From Mobula hypostoma (Eukaryota), in the NCBI RefSeq assembly GCF_963921235.1, contig NC_086097.1, forward strand, positions 12,338,001-12,402,000: a stretch of DNA of 64,000 bases. The letters are read 5' to 3'. The notes under the pieces were generated by a model. That model did not search any database. It was given only the letters and a program-made list of their open reading frames with translations, and had not been told where the DNA came from. Both the position numbers and the translations under genes were made by a program. This document shows, piece after piece, positions 1-12,400 of the stretch. Every line of letters starts with the position of its first letter. Within the stretch, counting starts at the first letter, position 1.

Positions 1-70
1 CTGTATCTCTTCCTATCGATGCTGCTCGGCCTGCTGCGTTCACCAACAATTTTTATGTGTGTTGCTTGGA
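1..70 (+). mobile_element. Penelope-like pLTR tail fragment (cut by window start)
   Basis: GATGCTGCTCGGCCTGCTGCGTTCACCAACAATTTTTATGTGTGTTGC matches the reverse complement of 48534-48590, the 3' terminus of the GIY-YIG element. Confidence 0.65.
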
Positions 71-74
71 ATGC

Positions 75-455
75 TGTCGTTTGCTTCTATTGTTTGTATG
101 ATGTGTGTTTTTTTCTCCCTCTCTTTCTCTGTGCAATGATTATGGTCTTTTTTTTAAATGGGTTCTTCGAGTTTCTTGCTTATGGCTGCCTGTAGGCAAA
201 CAAATCTCAAGGTATATAATTTATACATTCTTTGACAATAAATGTTCTTTGAAATCTGTAAAATCTTTGCGATCTTTGATTAAGCATTCTTTGTTGTTTA
301 CGTAGTTTTCTACCATCTGCGAGATTTGTTCTTTTTTTTCCTCGTTGGGTGTTTGATGTATTTTAGAACGTTGGTGGTTATTTGTTTCATGGCAGTCTGT
401 GGGAAGATGAATCTCAGGGTTGTTTATTCATTGATAGTAAATGTACTTTGAACCT
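75..455 (+). mobile_element. Two 3' tails of a non-coding non-LTR retroposon family
   Basis: Motif GGCTGCCTGTA..ACAAATCTCAAGG..AATAAATGTACTTTGAA recurs at 28357-28441, 24918-24990 (-), 30520-30580 and 57030-57110 (-). Confidence 0.5.
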
Positions 456-736
456 ATGAGTCATTGCAGGTTATTACTCCATGACTTCATATGTGTGCCC
501 CTTACTAAAAGTAAAAGCGAAATGTTCACGTTGTCCCTGGCTCTGTGTTTTTTAAAATTAGTTTTATGTTTTACAGTTACAAAACATATCAGTCTCCTAA
601 AATAACCTTAACCTCTCGTGGATTATTTCATCATGTTTATACTGTCCATTATAGAACATCATCACCACCCCCCCAACTCAAATTCCTTTACCCATCTCCC
701 TCATTCATTTCATTTTTCCCAATGAAGCAGAATTGA

Positions 737-1505
737 ATCATAAACACAAGAGATTCTGCAAATATTGGAAATCCAGAGCCACACACACAACTTGCTGGAG
801 GAACTCAGCAGGTCAGGAATAAATGAATAGTCGACGTTTTGGGCCGAGACCCTTCATCAGGACTGGGAAGGATGTCAGAATAAGAAGATGGGGGGCTGGG
901 AAGGAGAACAAGCTAGAAGATGATAGGTGAAGCCAGGTGGGTGGGGAATGAAGTAAGAAGGTAGGTGGTGATAGGTGGAAAAGGCAAAGGGCTGGGGAAG
1001 AAGGAATCTGATAGGAGAAGAGAGTGAACCATCAGAGAAAGGGAAAGAAGAGGAGCCACCAGGGAGAGATGATAGGCAGGTGAGGGGAAGGGATAAGAGA
1101 CCAGAATGGGGAAATAAAGAAGGGGAAAGGAGGAGGGAAATAGATGTTCATGCCATCAGGTTGGTGGCTACCTGGATGGAATATGAGGTGTTGCTCCTCC
1201 AACCTGAGAGTGGCCTTACTATGGCAGATGAGGAGGCAATGTACTGACATGTCGGAATGGGCAAAGGAATTAAAATATTTGGCCACTGGGAAATCTCATT
1301 TTTTGCAGATGGAACAGGGTTATTCAACAAAGTGGTCCTCCCGTCACACTGGGTCTCACCAATATTGAGGAGGATGCATCCGGAGCATGAGATACAATAG
1401 AAGCCCCCAACAAATTTGCAGGTGAAGTGTTAGCTCACTTGGAAAGACTGTTTGGGGCCCTGAATGGAGGTAAGGGAGGAGGTGAATGGGCCGATGTAGT
1501 ACTTG
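737..1505 (-). mobile_element. Penelope-like element, decayed 3' part (GIY-YIG C-terminus plus pLTR)
   Basis: ORF 1032-1286 contains ATLRLEEQHLIFHPGSHQPDGMNI, homologous to the intact GIY-YIG ORF at 48929; same pLTR sequence. Confidence 0.85.
829..864 (-). ncRNA. Minimal hammerhead ribozyme motif, probably inactivated
   Basis: Minus strand AGTC-CTGATGA-A-GGG-TCTCGG-CCC-AAAA-CGTC-GACT; core GAAA is mutated to AAAA. Confidence 0.6.
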
Positions 1506-1607
1506 TAGAATAGAAACATAGAAACATAGAAAATAGGTGCAGGAGTAGGCCATTCGGCCCTTCGAGCCTGCACCGCCATTTATTATGATCATGGCTGATC
1601 ATCCAAC

Positions 1608-4607
1608 TCAGAACCCAGCCTTCCCTCCATACCCCCTGACCCCTGTAGCCACAAGGGCCATATCTAACTTCCTTTTAAACATAGCTAATGAACTGGCCTC
1701 AACAGTTTGCTGTGGCAGAGAATTCCACAGATTCACCACTCTCTGTGTGAAGAAGTTTTTCCTAACCTCGGTCCTAAAAGGCTTCCCCTCTATCCTCAAA
1801 CTGTGACCCCTCGTTCTAGACCTCCCCAACATCGGGAACAATCTTCCTGCATCTAGCCTGTCCAATCCCTTTAGGATCTTATACGTTTCAATCAGATCCC
1901 CCCTCAATCTTCTAAATTCCAACGAGTACAAGCCCAGTTCATCCAGTCTTTCTTCATATGAAAGACCTGCCATCCCAGGAATCAATCTGGTGAACCTTCT
2001 TTGTACTCCCTCTATGGCAAAGATGTCTTTCCTCAGATTAGGGGACCAAAACTGCACACAATACTCCAGGTGTGGTCTCACCAAGGCCTTGTACAACTGC
2101 AGTAGTACCTCCCTGCTCCTGTACTCGAATCCTCTCGCTATAAATGCCAGCATACCGTTCGCCTTTTTCACCGCCTGCTGTACCTGCATGCCCACTTTCA
2201 ATGACTGGTGTATAATGACACCCAGGTCTCGTTGCACCTCCCCTTTTCCTAATCGGCCACCATTCAGATAATAATCTGTTTTCCTATTTTTGCCACCAAA
2301 GTGGATAACTTCACATTTATCCACATTAAATTGCATCTGCCATGAGTTTGCCCACTCACCCAACCTATCCAAGTCACCCTGCATCCTCTTAGCATCCTCC
2401 TCACTGCTAACACTGCCACCCAGCTTCGTGTCATCCGCAAACTTGGAGATGCTGCATTTAATTCCCTCATCCAAGTCACTAATATATATTGTAAACAACT
2501 GGGGTCCCAGCACTGAGCCTTGCGGTACCCCACTAGTCACCGCCTGCCATTCTGAAAAGGTCCCGTTTATTCCCACTCTTTGCTTCCTGTCTGCTAACCA
2601 ATTCTCCACCCACACCAATACCTTACCCCCAATACCGTGTGCTTTAAGTTTGCACACTAATCTCCTATGTGGGACCTTGTCAAAAGCCTTTTGAAAATCC
2701 AAATATACCACATCCACTGGTTCTCCCCTATCCACTCTACTAGTTACATCCTCAAAAAATTCTATGAGATTCGTCAGACATGATTTTCCTTTCACAAATC
2801 CATGCTGACTTTGTCCGATCATTTCACCGCTTTCCAAATGTGCTGTTATCACATCCTTGATAACTGACTCCAGCAGTTTCCCCACCACCGACGTTAGGCT
2901 AACCGGCCTATAATTCCCCGGTTTCTCTCTCCCTCCTTTTTTAAAAAGTGGGGTTACATTAGCCACCCTCCAATCCTCAGGAACTAGTCCAGAATCTAAC
3001 GAGTTTTGAAAAATTATCACTAATGCATCCACTATTTCTTGGGCCACTTCCTTAAGCACTCTGGGATGCAGACCATCTGGCCCTGGGGATTTATCTGCCT
3101 TCAATCCCTTCAATTTACCTAACACCACTTCCCTACTAACATGTATTTCGCTCAGTTCCTCCATCTCACTGGACCCTCTGTCCCTTACTATTTCTGGAAG
3201 ATTATTTATGTCCTCCTTAGTGAAGACAGAACCAAAGTAATTATTCAATTGGTCTGCCATGTCCTTGCTCCCCATAATCAATTCACCTGTTTCTGTTTGC
3301 AGGGGACCTACATTTGTCTTTATCAGTCTTTTCCTTTTTACATATCTATAAAAGCTTTTACAGTCCGTTTTTATGTTCTCTGCCAGTTTTCTCTCATAAT
3401 CTTTTTTCCCCTTCCTAATTAAGCCCTTTGTCCTCCTCTGCTGAACTCTGAATTTCTCCCAGTCCTCAGGTGAGCCACTTTCTCTGGCTAATTTGTATGC
3501 TACTTCTTTGGAATTGATACTATCCCTAATTTCTCTTGTCAGCCACGGGTGCACTACCTTCCTTGATTTATTCTTTTGCCAAACTGGGATGAACAATTGT
3601 TGTAGTTCATCCATGCAACCTTTAAATGCCTGCCATTGCATATCCACCGTCAATCCTTGAAGTGTCATTTGCCAGTCTATCTTAGCTAATTCATGTCTCA
3701 TACCTTCAAAGTTACCCCTCTTTAAGTTCAGAACCTTTGTTTCTGAATTAACTACGTCACTCTCCATGTTAATGAAGAATTCCACCATATTATGGTCACT
3801 CTTACCCAAGGGGCCTCTCACGACAAGATCGCTAATTAACCCTTCCTCATTGCTCAAAACCCAGTCCAGAATAGCCTGCTCTCTAGTCGGTTCCTCGACA
3901 TGTTGGTTCAAAAAACCATCCCGCATACATTCCAAGAAATCCTCTTCCTCAGCACCTTTACCAATTTGGTTCACCCAGTCTACATGTAGATTGAAGTCAC
4001 CCATTATAACTGCTGTTCCTTTATTGCACACATTTCTAATTTCCTGTTTAATACCATCTCTGACCTCACTACTACTGTTAGGTGGCCTGTACACAACTCC
4101 CACCAGCGTCTTCTGCCCCTTAGTGTTACGCAGCTCTACCCATATCGATTCCACATCTTCCCGGCTTATGTCCTTCCTTTCTATTGCGTTAATCTCTTTT
4201 TTAACCAGCAACGCCACCCCACCTCCCCTTCCTTCGTGTCTATCCCTCCTGAATATTGAATATCCCTGAACGTTGAGCTCCCATCCCTGGTCACCCTGGA
4301 GCCATGTCTCTGTGATCCCAACTATATCATAATCATTAATAACAATCTGCACTTTCAATTCATCCACCTTATTACGAATGCTCCTTGCATTGACACATAA
4401 AGCCTTCAGGCACTCTTTTACAACTCTCTTAGCCCTTTTTAATGCTTGCCCTGGATTTGTCGGCCTGCCACTTTTACTTTTCCCCTTTGTACTTTTTGCT
4501 TCTACGCTCACTTTACACCCCTCTGTCTCTCTGCACTGGTTCCCATCCCTCTGTTGTGAACTAACCTCCTCACACCTAGCCGCTTTAATTTGATTCCCAC
4601 CCCCCAA
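1608..4607 (-). CDS. CR1 ORF2: apurinic endonuclease plus reverse transcriptase, uninterrupted (track start is TTG, not AUG)
   Basis: APE motifs NARS, ITETWL, YRPP, GDFN, SDH; RT motifs YRPVSL, DFQKAFDKV, GVPQGSVLGP, FADD; CR1 C-terminus TRGHSLR..RVVNLWNSLP. Confidence 0.95.
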   Translation of the reverse strand: MGGGNQIKAARCEEVSSQQRDGNQCRETEGCKVSVEAKSTKGKSKSGRPTNPGQALKRAKRVVKECLKALCVNARSIRNKVDELKVQIVINDYDIVGITETWLQGDQGWELNVQGYSIFRRDRHEGRGGGVALLVKKEINAIERKDISREDVESIWVELRNTKGQKTLVGVVYRPPNSSSEVRDGIKQEIRNVCNKGTAVIMGDFNLHVDWVNQIGKGAEEEDFLECMRDGFLNQHVEEPTREQAILDWVLSNEEGLISDLVVRGPLGKSDHNMVEFFINMESDVVNSETKVLNLKRGNFEGMRHELAKIDWQMTLQGLTVDMQWQAFKGCMDELQQLFIPVWQKNKSRKVVHPWLTREIRDSINSKEVAYKLARESGSPEDWEKFRVQQRRTKGLIRKGKKDYERKLAENIKTDCKSFYRYVKRKRLIKTNVGPLQTETGELIMGSKDMADQLNNYFGSVFTKEDINNLPEIVRDRGSSEMEELSEIHVSREVVLGKLKGLKADKSPGPDGLHPRVLKEVAQEIVDALVIIFQNSLDSGLVPEDWRVANVTPLFKKGGREKPGNYRPVSLTSVVGKLLESVIKDVITAHLESGEMIGQSQHGFVKGKSCLTNLIEFFEDVTSRVDRGEPVDVVYLDFQKAFDKVPHRRLVCKLKAHGIGGKVLVWVENWLADRKQRVGINGTFSEWQAVTSGVPQGSVLGPQLFTIYISDLDEGIKCSISKFADDTKLGGSVSSEEDAKRMQGDLDRLGEWANSWQMQFNVDKCEVIHFGGKNRKTDYYLNGGRLGKGEVQRDLGVIIHQSLKVGMQVQQAVKKANGMLAFIARGFEYRSREVLLQLYKALVRPHLEYCVQFWSPNLRKDIFAIEGVQRRFTRLIPGMAGLSYEERLDELGLYSLEFRRLRGDLIETYKILKGLDRLDAGRLFPMLGRSRTRGHSLRIEGKPFRTEVRKNFFTQRVVNLWNSLPQQTVEASSLAMFKRKLDMALVATGVRGYGGKAGF

Positions 4608-4612
4608 CCATT

Positions 4613-5297
4613 CTAGTTTAAAGTCACCTCAGTAGCCCCCGCTAATCTCCCTGCCAGGATATTGGTCCCCCGAGGATTTAAGTGTAACCCGTCCTTTTTG
4701 TACAGGTCACACCTGCGCCAAAAGAGGTCCCAATGATCCAAAAACTTGAATCCCTGCCCCCTGCTCCAATCCCTCAGCCACGCATTTATCCTCCACCTCA
4801 TCGCATTCCTACTCTCACTGTCGCGTGGCACAGGCAGTAATCCCGAGATTACTACCTTTGCGGTCCTTTTTCTCAACTCCCTTCCTAGCTCCCTATATTC
4901 TTCTTTCAAGACCTCATCCCTTTTCCTACCTATGTCATTGGTACCTATATGTACCAGGACCTCTGGCTCTTCACCCTCCCACTTCAGGATATCTTGGACA
5001 CGATCAGAAATATCCCGGACCCTGGCACCAGGGAGGCAAACTACCATCCGAGTCTCTGGACTGCGTCCACAGAATCGCCTATCTGACCCCCTTACTATCG
5101 AGTCCCCTATCACAACTGCCCTCCTCTTCCTTGCCCTACCCTTCTGAGCTACAGGGCCAGACTCTGTGCCGGAGGCAGGGCCACTGTCGCTTCCCCCGGG
5201 TAAGCTGTCCCCCCCAACAGTACTCAAACAGGAGTACCTGTTGTTAAGGGGCACAGCCGCCGGGGTACTCCCCATCACCTTCCTTTTCCCCTTCCCC
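4613..5297 (-). CDS. CR1 ORF1 C-terminal part: SGNH/GDSL-like esterase (N-terminus lost)
   Basis: Blocks VVIGDSIVRG, CLPGARVRD, VHIGTNDI, DGLHLNPRG; the first ~22 aa of the track ORF come from the adjacent Rex1-like DNA. Confidence 0.9.
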
Positions 5298-5300
5298 CTG

Positions 5301-7145
5301 AGTAAGTACAGGCCTGTGTATAAGCAGAGACTGAAGACTGCAGTACCAGTAGTGAGGACCAAGAAGGTACGGACAGGGAAGCACAGGAGTGCTTACGGGA
5401 CTGCTTTGAATTGGTGAACTGGACTGTATTCAGGGATTCATCTTCGAATCTGGATGAGTATGCCAGACTTGTTACCGACTTCATTAAAACCTGTGTGGAT
5501 GAGTGTGTGACAATGAAAACTTGCTGTATATTTCCAAACCAAAAGCCGTGGAGAACCAGGAGGTACATCATCACCTGAGGGCTAGATCTGTGGCATTTAA
5601 GTCTGGTGACCCAGGTCTGTACAAGAACACTAGATATAACTTGTGGAAGGGCTATTTCAAGAATGAAGAGACAATTCTGAGTGAGGTTTGAAGCAACATC
5701 AGATACGTGTCAACTCTGGCTGGGTTTGCAGGACATTACTTCCTATAAAGTGAAACCCATGAATGACAGTAATGCTTCACTACCAGATGAGCTCAACACC
5801 TTCTATACCAGATTTGAAAGGGAGAATATAACTACAGCTGTGAAGATCCTTGCTGCACCTGGTGACCCTGAGGTCTTTGTCTTGGATGCCAATGTTAGGC
5901 TGTCTTTAAGAAGGGTGAACCCTCGCAAGGCGGCAGGCCCCGATGGAGTACCTGGTAATGCTCTGAAAACTTGTGCCAACCATGTGGCGGGAGTATTCAA
6001 GGACATTTTCAACCTCTCACTGTTATGGTTGGAAGTTCCCACTTGCTTCAAAAAGGCAACAATTATACTGGTGCCCAAGAAGAGTAGTGTGAGTTGCCTT
6101 AATGACTATCACCAAGTAACACTCACATCTATGGTGATGAAATGCTTTGAGAGGTCAATCATGGCTAGAATGAACTCCTGTCTCAGCAAGGACCTAGACC
6201 CACTCCAACTTGCCTATCGCCACAATACATCTATGACAGACTCAATCTCAATGGCTCTTCACACGGCCTTAGATCACCTATGTCAGGATGGTGTTCATTG
6301 ACTATAACTCAGCCTTTAACACCATCATTCCCACTGTCCTGATTGATAAGCTACAGAACCTGGGGCTCTGTACTTCCCTCTGCAACTGGAGTCTCGACTT
6401 CCTAACCAAAAGACCAAAATCCATGTGGATTGGAGATAATATCTCCTCCTCACAGATGATCAACACGGAGCGAGATATACCAGCTCATTGAGGGGTGTCA
6501 CAGCAACAACCTTGCACTCAACCTCAGTAAGACCAAAGAGCTGATTGTAGACTTCAGGAAGAATAAGACAAAGGAACATTAAACAATCCTCATAGAGGGA
6601 TCAGAAGTGGAGAGAGTGAACAGTTTCAAGTTCCTGGATGTCAAGATCTCTGAGGATCTAACCTGGTCCCAATATATCAGTGCGGCTATAAAGAAGGCAA
6701 GACACCAGCTATATTTCATCAGGAGTTTGAAAAGATTGAGTTTGTCATTTAAAACACATGCAAACTTAATAAATGTACTCTAGAGAGCATTGAGACAGGC
6801 TGCATCACTGTCTAGTATGGGGGTATGCCCAATCTACCAGGGCATGCCTTCTTCTCATTGCATTGTTACCATCAGGAAGGAGGTACAGAAGCTTGAAGGC
6901 ACGCACTCAGCGATTCAAGAACAGCTTCCTGCTTCTTCCCCTCTGCCTTCTGATTCCTAAATGGACATTGAACCCATGAATAATGCTTCATTTTTGTTTT
7001 AACATTATTATTTCTGTTACTTACTGTAATTTATCTACTTTTTTCTTTCTTTCTGTATTATCATGTATTGCATTGCACTGCTGCTGCTAAGTTCACAAAT
7101 TTCATGTTATATGCCGGTGATAATAAACACAATTCTGATTCTGAA
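5301..7145 (+). mobile_element. Rex1/Babar-like LINE, 5'-truncated, frameshifted RT
   Basis: Fragments [41 protein letters not shown]; 3' tail ..ATAATAAACACAATTCTGATTCTGA. Confidence 0.85.
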
Positions 7146-7684
7146 TGTGAACTGAAAATGTATAAACTGAAACTTGTGCAATAAACAAAAGATTCAAGAA
7201 AAAAATCTGTAGCTGCCGGGAATTTGAAATAAAACAAAGGAAATCAAAAACACTCAAAAGATCAGGAAGCTTCTGTCACGACAGGAGCACAGATAATACT
7301 TCAAACTGATAATATATCGGGTCATTATCTTGTACTTGGCCAATATTTAAGCTTTCACATTGATTAGTATGTGTTCACTTTGACCCTATTGTTTCTGGGA
7401 GCTTGCTATGCTTGGTTTGTCAGCAATGTGTGTTAACAGCTTGTTATTGAAAAGAAACTCACTGAATTTAAAGAACTTTAGGATATCCTGGAATCATGAA
7501 AAGTATTAAAGGAATACATAGTGAAGTGAGCTACCCAAAATAACATAATGCTCTGTGCCAACTATACATTTACTCTGCTCCCAAGTGTGGCATTTAATCA
7601 TTTTGCTGCAGAGTGTTATATGACTCATAACTTTGTCTGATTCCATAGAAACCAATGCACCAAAAGTTGTCTCTTTGTCTGGAG

Positions 7685-8075
7685 CACTGTGTACCCAGCA
7701 TTGTCAATGATCCCTCCCATCCGTCCAACAATCTCCTTGACACCCTACCATCAGGCAGGAGAAACCATAGCATTAGGACACAAGAACTGTTAGGGTGGGA
7801 ATCAGCTTCTTCCTCCAAGTCGTGAGACTACTGAACTCCCTGCCACCACTCAGATCTTGTCATGTATGAAGCACCGGTAGCATTATGCTGTTTATGTTCT
7901 AACTTGTGCCATTAATGCACCCTATTGTTTCTTACTAATTTGTGGTAATCTTACTTCATGTGTTGTGCTTGTGAGTTATATGTACTGCGTGGTGCACCTT
8001 GGTCTGGAGCAGTGTTATTTTGTTTGGCTGCATACATGTGTATAGTTGAATGACAATAAACTTGAATTTGAACTC
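7685..8075 (+). mobile_element. Rex1-type LINE 3' remnant
   Basis: CTACCATCAGGCAGGAG..CAGCTTCTTCC motif shared with other Rex1-like ends; tail GACAATAAACTTGAATTTGAA. Confidence 0.55.
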
Positions 8076-8364
8076 CTTCAAATTAATGTATACATATATA
8101 TGATGGCCATATAATACATAAATATGAAATAAGTAGCCATATATATTTGAAACACACCTGTGTTGCACTCAGTTAGTCCTTGGGCTGAGTGGTTTACCTG
8201 TAAGAAATTGGATTGTTATGAATGTTATTCAAGAACATGACAATCCATGATTGAAATTCCTCTTCTTTGATAGCTACAAACAACATTGAAGTTATATCTT
8301 TTACATGGAAACAAGAGCTAAAGATAAATGATTTGCTTTATTTATCACATGTACATCAGAACAT

Positions 8365-8468
8365 ACACCACCAAGCATATCTTTACCCAAAGGGATCCCA
8401 CCACCAAACCTCCCCTCTCTCGCCACTTTCCGCAGGGATCACTTCTTCCATGATTCCTATGTCCATTG
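8365..8468 (+). mobile_element. Penelope internal fragment
   Basis: GGGATCCCACCACCAA..ACTTTCCGCAGGGATCAC..TGTCCATT matches the reverse complement of 49380-49470. Confidence 0.55.
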
Positions 8469-8633
8469 GAGAAGATGGCGGCCCGACGCAGCGCGCGCGA
8501 CCTCTCCGGTGAATGATATCGGTATTTCTAATTAGGAGGCCGTGCACAATTCTGATATGATGGAGACAGACGTGAGAAGCATGGAGGAATATCTGGAGTA
8601 ACTTCTGAAATGCCCGGTTCGCTGCCGCTGCTA
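8469..8633 (+). mobile_element. 5' part of a CpG-rich non-coding retroposon starting AAGATGGCGGC
   Basis: Starts with a YY1-type AAGATGGCGG motif; ends in the 17-mer at which element 20964-21484 begins. Confidence 0.45.
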
Positions 8634-8689
8634 TGGGACTGAATCCAGGTCCTCCTTATGCAGAGGCAGAGACTGAGCCAGTGATGGGT

Positions 8690-8984
8690 CCAACATGGTA
8701 GTGCAGTGGTTAGTGTGTTGCTATTACAGCTTGGGGCATTAGACTTCGAAGTTCAATTCCTACATCCTCTACAAGGAGTATGTACATCCTCCCTGTAAAC
8801 ATGTGGGTTTCCCCTGTGTGCTCCGGTTTCCCCCGCAGTCCAAGGACATACAGGTTAATTGGTTAATTGGTCATTGGGGTAAATTATCCTGTGATTTGCC
8901 GAGGGTTACATAGAGTGTTTGCTGGGTGGTGCAGCTTGTTGGCCAGAAGGGACTGTTTTGAGGTGTATCTCTAAATAAATAAAT
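8690..8984 (+). mobile_element. V-SINE (HE1-like, tRNA-derived head)
   Basis: A/B-box-like head (GTGCAGTGGTTAG..GTTCAATTCC), V-domain GTGGGTTTCC..GCTCCGGTTTCC..CAGTCCAA, (AAAT)n tail. Confidence 0.8.
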
Positions 8985-9431
8985 GCCCCCTGTCAGAACC
9001 AATCCCACTACTGACGAGACCTTAAGGCAATGGATTCCTATCCAGTAACTATTTGACTAAACCAACATGAAATTGTTCACAGGCAATAGGGCACCATGGT
9101 AATGTTGTGGTTAGGCAGCTCATGGCATTCTGGAGTTCAGATTTCAATTCTGCCGTCTTCTGCAAGGGCTCGGTACGTCCTCCCCGTGGAATGCATGGAT
9201 TTTCCCAGGAGCTTCAGTTCCTCCCAACAGTCCAAAGATGATCCAGGTAGGTTAATTGGTTATTGTTAATTGTCCCATGATTAGGTTAGGGTTTATTTAT
9301 TTACTTATCAAGATGCTGTGTGGAACAGGCTCTTTCAGCCCAACAATCCCTGCCACCCAGCAACACACTTATTTAACCCAAGTCTAATCACAGGACAATT
9401 TACACTGACCAATTAACCTACTAACCACTAT

Positions 9432-12400
9432 AGAAACATAGAAAATAGGTGCAGGAGTAGGCCATTCGGCCCTTCGAGCCTGCACCGCCATTTATTATGA
9501 TCATGGCTGATCATCCACCTCAGAACCCTGCCCCAGCCTTCCCTCCATACCCCCTGACCCCTGTAGCCACAAGGGCCATATCTAACTCCCTCTTAAATAT
9601 AGCCAATGAACTGGCCTCAACTGTTTCCTGTGGCAGAGAATTCCACAGATTCACCACTCTCTGTGTGAAGAAGTTTTTCCTAATCTCGGTCCTAAAAGGC
9701 TTCCCCTCTATCCTCAAACTGTGGCCCCTCGTTCTGGACTTCCCCAACATCGGGAACAATCTTCCTGCATCTAGCCTGTCCAATCCCTTTAGGATCTTAT
9801 ATGTTTCAATCAGATCCCCCCTCAATCTTCTAAATTCCAACGAGTACAAGCCCAGTTCATCCAGTCTTTCTTCATATGAAAGTCCTGCCATCCCAGGAAT
9901 CAATCTGGTGAACCTTCTTTGTACTCCCTCTATGGCAAGGATGTCTTTCCTCAGATTAGGGAACCAAAACTGCACACAATACTCCAGGTGTGGTCTCACC
10001 AAGGCCTTGTACAACTGCAGTAGTACCTCCCTGCTCCTGTACTCGAATCCTCTCGCTATAAATGCCAGCATACCATTCGCCTTTTTCACCGCCTGCTGTA
10101 CCTGCATGCCCACTTTCAATGACTGGTGTATAATGACACCCAGGTCTCGTTGCACCTCCCCTTTTCCTAATCGGCCACCATTCAGATAATAATCTGTTTT
10201 CCTATTTTTGCCACCAAAGTGGATAACTTCACATTTATCCACATTAAATTGCATCTGCCATGAATTTGCCCACTCATCCAACCTATCCAAGTCACCCTGC
10301 ATCCTCTTAGCATCCTCCTCACTGCTAACACTGCCACCCAGCTTCGTGTCATCCGCAAACTTGGAGATGCTGCATTCAATTCCCTCATCCAAGTCATTAA
10401 TATATATTGTAAACAACTGGGGTCCCAGCACCGAGCCTTGCGGTACCCCACTAGTCACCGCCTGCCATTCTGAAAAGGTCCCGTTTATTCCCACTCTTTG
10501 CTTCCTGTCTGCTAACCAATTCTCCACCCACACCAAAACCTTACCCCCAATACCGTGTGCTTTAAGTTTGCACACTAATCTCCTGCGTGGGACCTTGTCA
10601 AAAGCCTTTTGAAAATCCAAATATACCACATCCACTGGTTCTCCCCTATCCACTCTACTAGTTACATCCTCAAAAAATTCTATGAGATTCATCAGACATG
10701 ATTTTCCTTTCATAAATCCATGCTGACTTTGTCCGATCATTTCACCGCTTTCCAAATGTGCTGTTATCACATCCTTGATAACTGACTCCAGCAGTTTCCC
10801 CACCACCGACGTTAGGCTAACCGGTCTATAATTCCCCGGTTTCTCTCTCTCTCCTTTTTTAAAAAGTGGAGTTACATTAGCCACCCTCCAATCCTCAGGA
10901 ACTAGTCCAGAATCTAACGAGTTTTGAAAAATTATCACTAATGCATCCGCTATTTCTTGGGCTACTTCCTTAAGCACTCTAGGATACAGACCATCTGGCC
11001 CTGGGGATTTATCTGCCTTCAATCCCTTCAATTTACCTAACACCACTTCCCTACTAACATGTATTTTGCTCAGTTCCTCCATCTCACTGGACCCTCTATC
11101 CCCTACTATTTCTGGAAGATTATTTATGTCCTCCTTAGTGAAGACAGAACCAAAGTAATTATTCAATTGGTCTGCCATGTCCTTGCTCCCCATAATCAAT
11201 TCACCTGTTTCTGTCTGCAGGGGACCTACATTTGTCTTTACCAGTCTTTTCCTTTTTACATATCTATAAAAGCTTTTACAGTCCGTTTTTATGTTCCCTG
11301 CCAGTTTTCTCTCATTATCTTTTTTCCCCTTCCTAATTAAGCCCTTTGTCCTCCTCTGCTGAACTCTGAATTTCTCCCAGTCCTCAGGTGAGCCACTTTC
11401 TCTGGCTAATTTGTATGCTTCTTCTTTGGAATTGATACTATCCCTAATTTCTCTTGTCAGCCACGGGTGCACTACCTTCCTTGATTTATTCTTTTGCCAA
11501 ACTGGGATGAACAATTGTTGTAGTTCATCCATGCAAGCTTTAAATGCTTGCCATTGCATATCCACCGTCAATCCTTTAAGTGTCATTTGCCAGTCTATCT
11601 TAGCTAATTCACGTCTCATACCTTCAAAGTTACCCCTCTTTAAGTTCAGAACCTTTGTTTCTGAATTAACTATGTCACTCTCCATCTTAATGAAGAATTC
11701 CACCATATTATGGTCACTCTTACCCAAGGGGCCTCTCACGACAAGATTGCTAATTAACCCTTCCTCATTGCTCAAAACCCAGTCCAGAATAGCCTGCTCT
11801 CTAGTTGGTTCCTCGACATGTTGGTTCAAAAAACCATCCCGCATACATTCCAAGAAATCCTCTTCCTCAGCACCTTTACCAATTTGGTTCACCCAGTCTA
11901 CATGTAGATTGAAGTCACCCATTATAACTGCTGTTCCTTTATTGCACACATTTCTAATTTCCTGTTTAATACCATCTCCGACCTCACTACTACTGTTAGG
12001 TGGCCTGTACACAACTCCCACCAGCGTCTTCTGCCCCTTAGTGTTACGCAGCTCTACCCATATCGATTCCACATCTTCCCGGCTTATGTCCCTCCTTTCT
12101 ATTGCGTGAATCTCTTCTTTAACCAGCAACGCCACCCCACCTCCCCTTCCTTCTTGTCTACCCCTCCTGAATATTGAATATCCCTGAACGTTGAGCTCCC
12201 ATCCCTGGTCACCCTGGAGCCATGTCTCTGTGATTCCAACTATATCATAATCATTAATAACAATCTGCACTTTCAATTCATCCACCTTATTACGAATGCT
12301 CCTTGCATTGACACACAAAGCCTTCAGGCGCTCTTTTACAACTCTCTTAGCCCTTATACAATTATGCTGAAAAGTGGCCCTTTTTAATGCTTGCCCTGGT

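Larger units (their letters stand above)
1506..5300 (-). mobile_element. CR1 LINE, young, 5'-truncated inside ORF1
   Basis: Esterase ORF1, APE-RT ORF2, short 3' UTR and an 8-nt (TGTTTCTA)n tail at ~1506-1530. Confidence 0.97.

Noticed and set aside
5298..5362. Apparent N-terminus of the 249-aa esterase ORF
   Set aside because: Chance read-through from antisense Rex1-like DNA; the real CR1 5' end is missing, so this is neither a full-length element nor a host esterase gene.
8690..8765. tRNA genes at SINE heads
   Set aside because: Only degenerate A/B boxes without a cloverleaf, and each is followed by a V-domain.
9497..12109. Long plus-strand ORFs (230, 134, 232 aa; equivalents at 1585-4593)
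   Set aside because: Antisense shadows of CR1 ORF2 with no protein motifs; they are broken at different places in the two copies.
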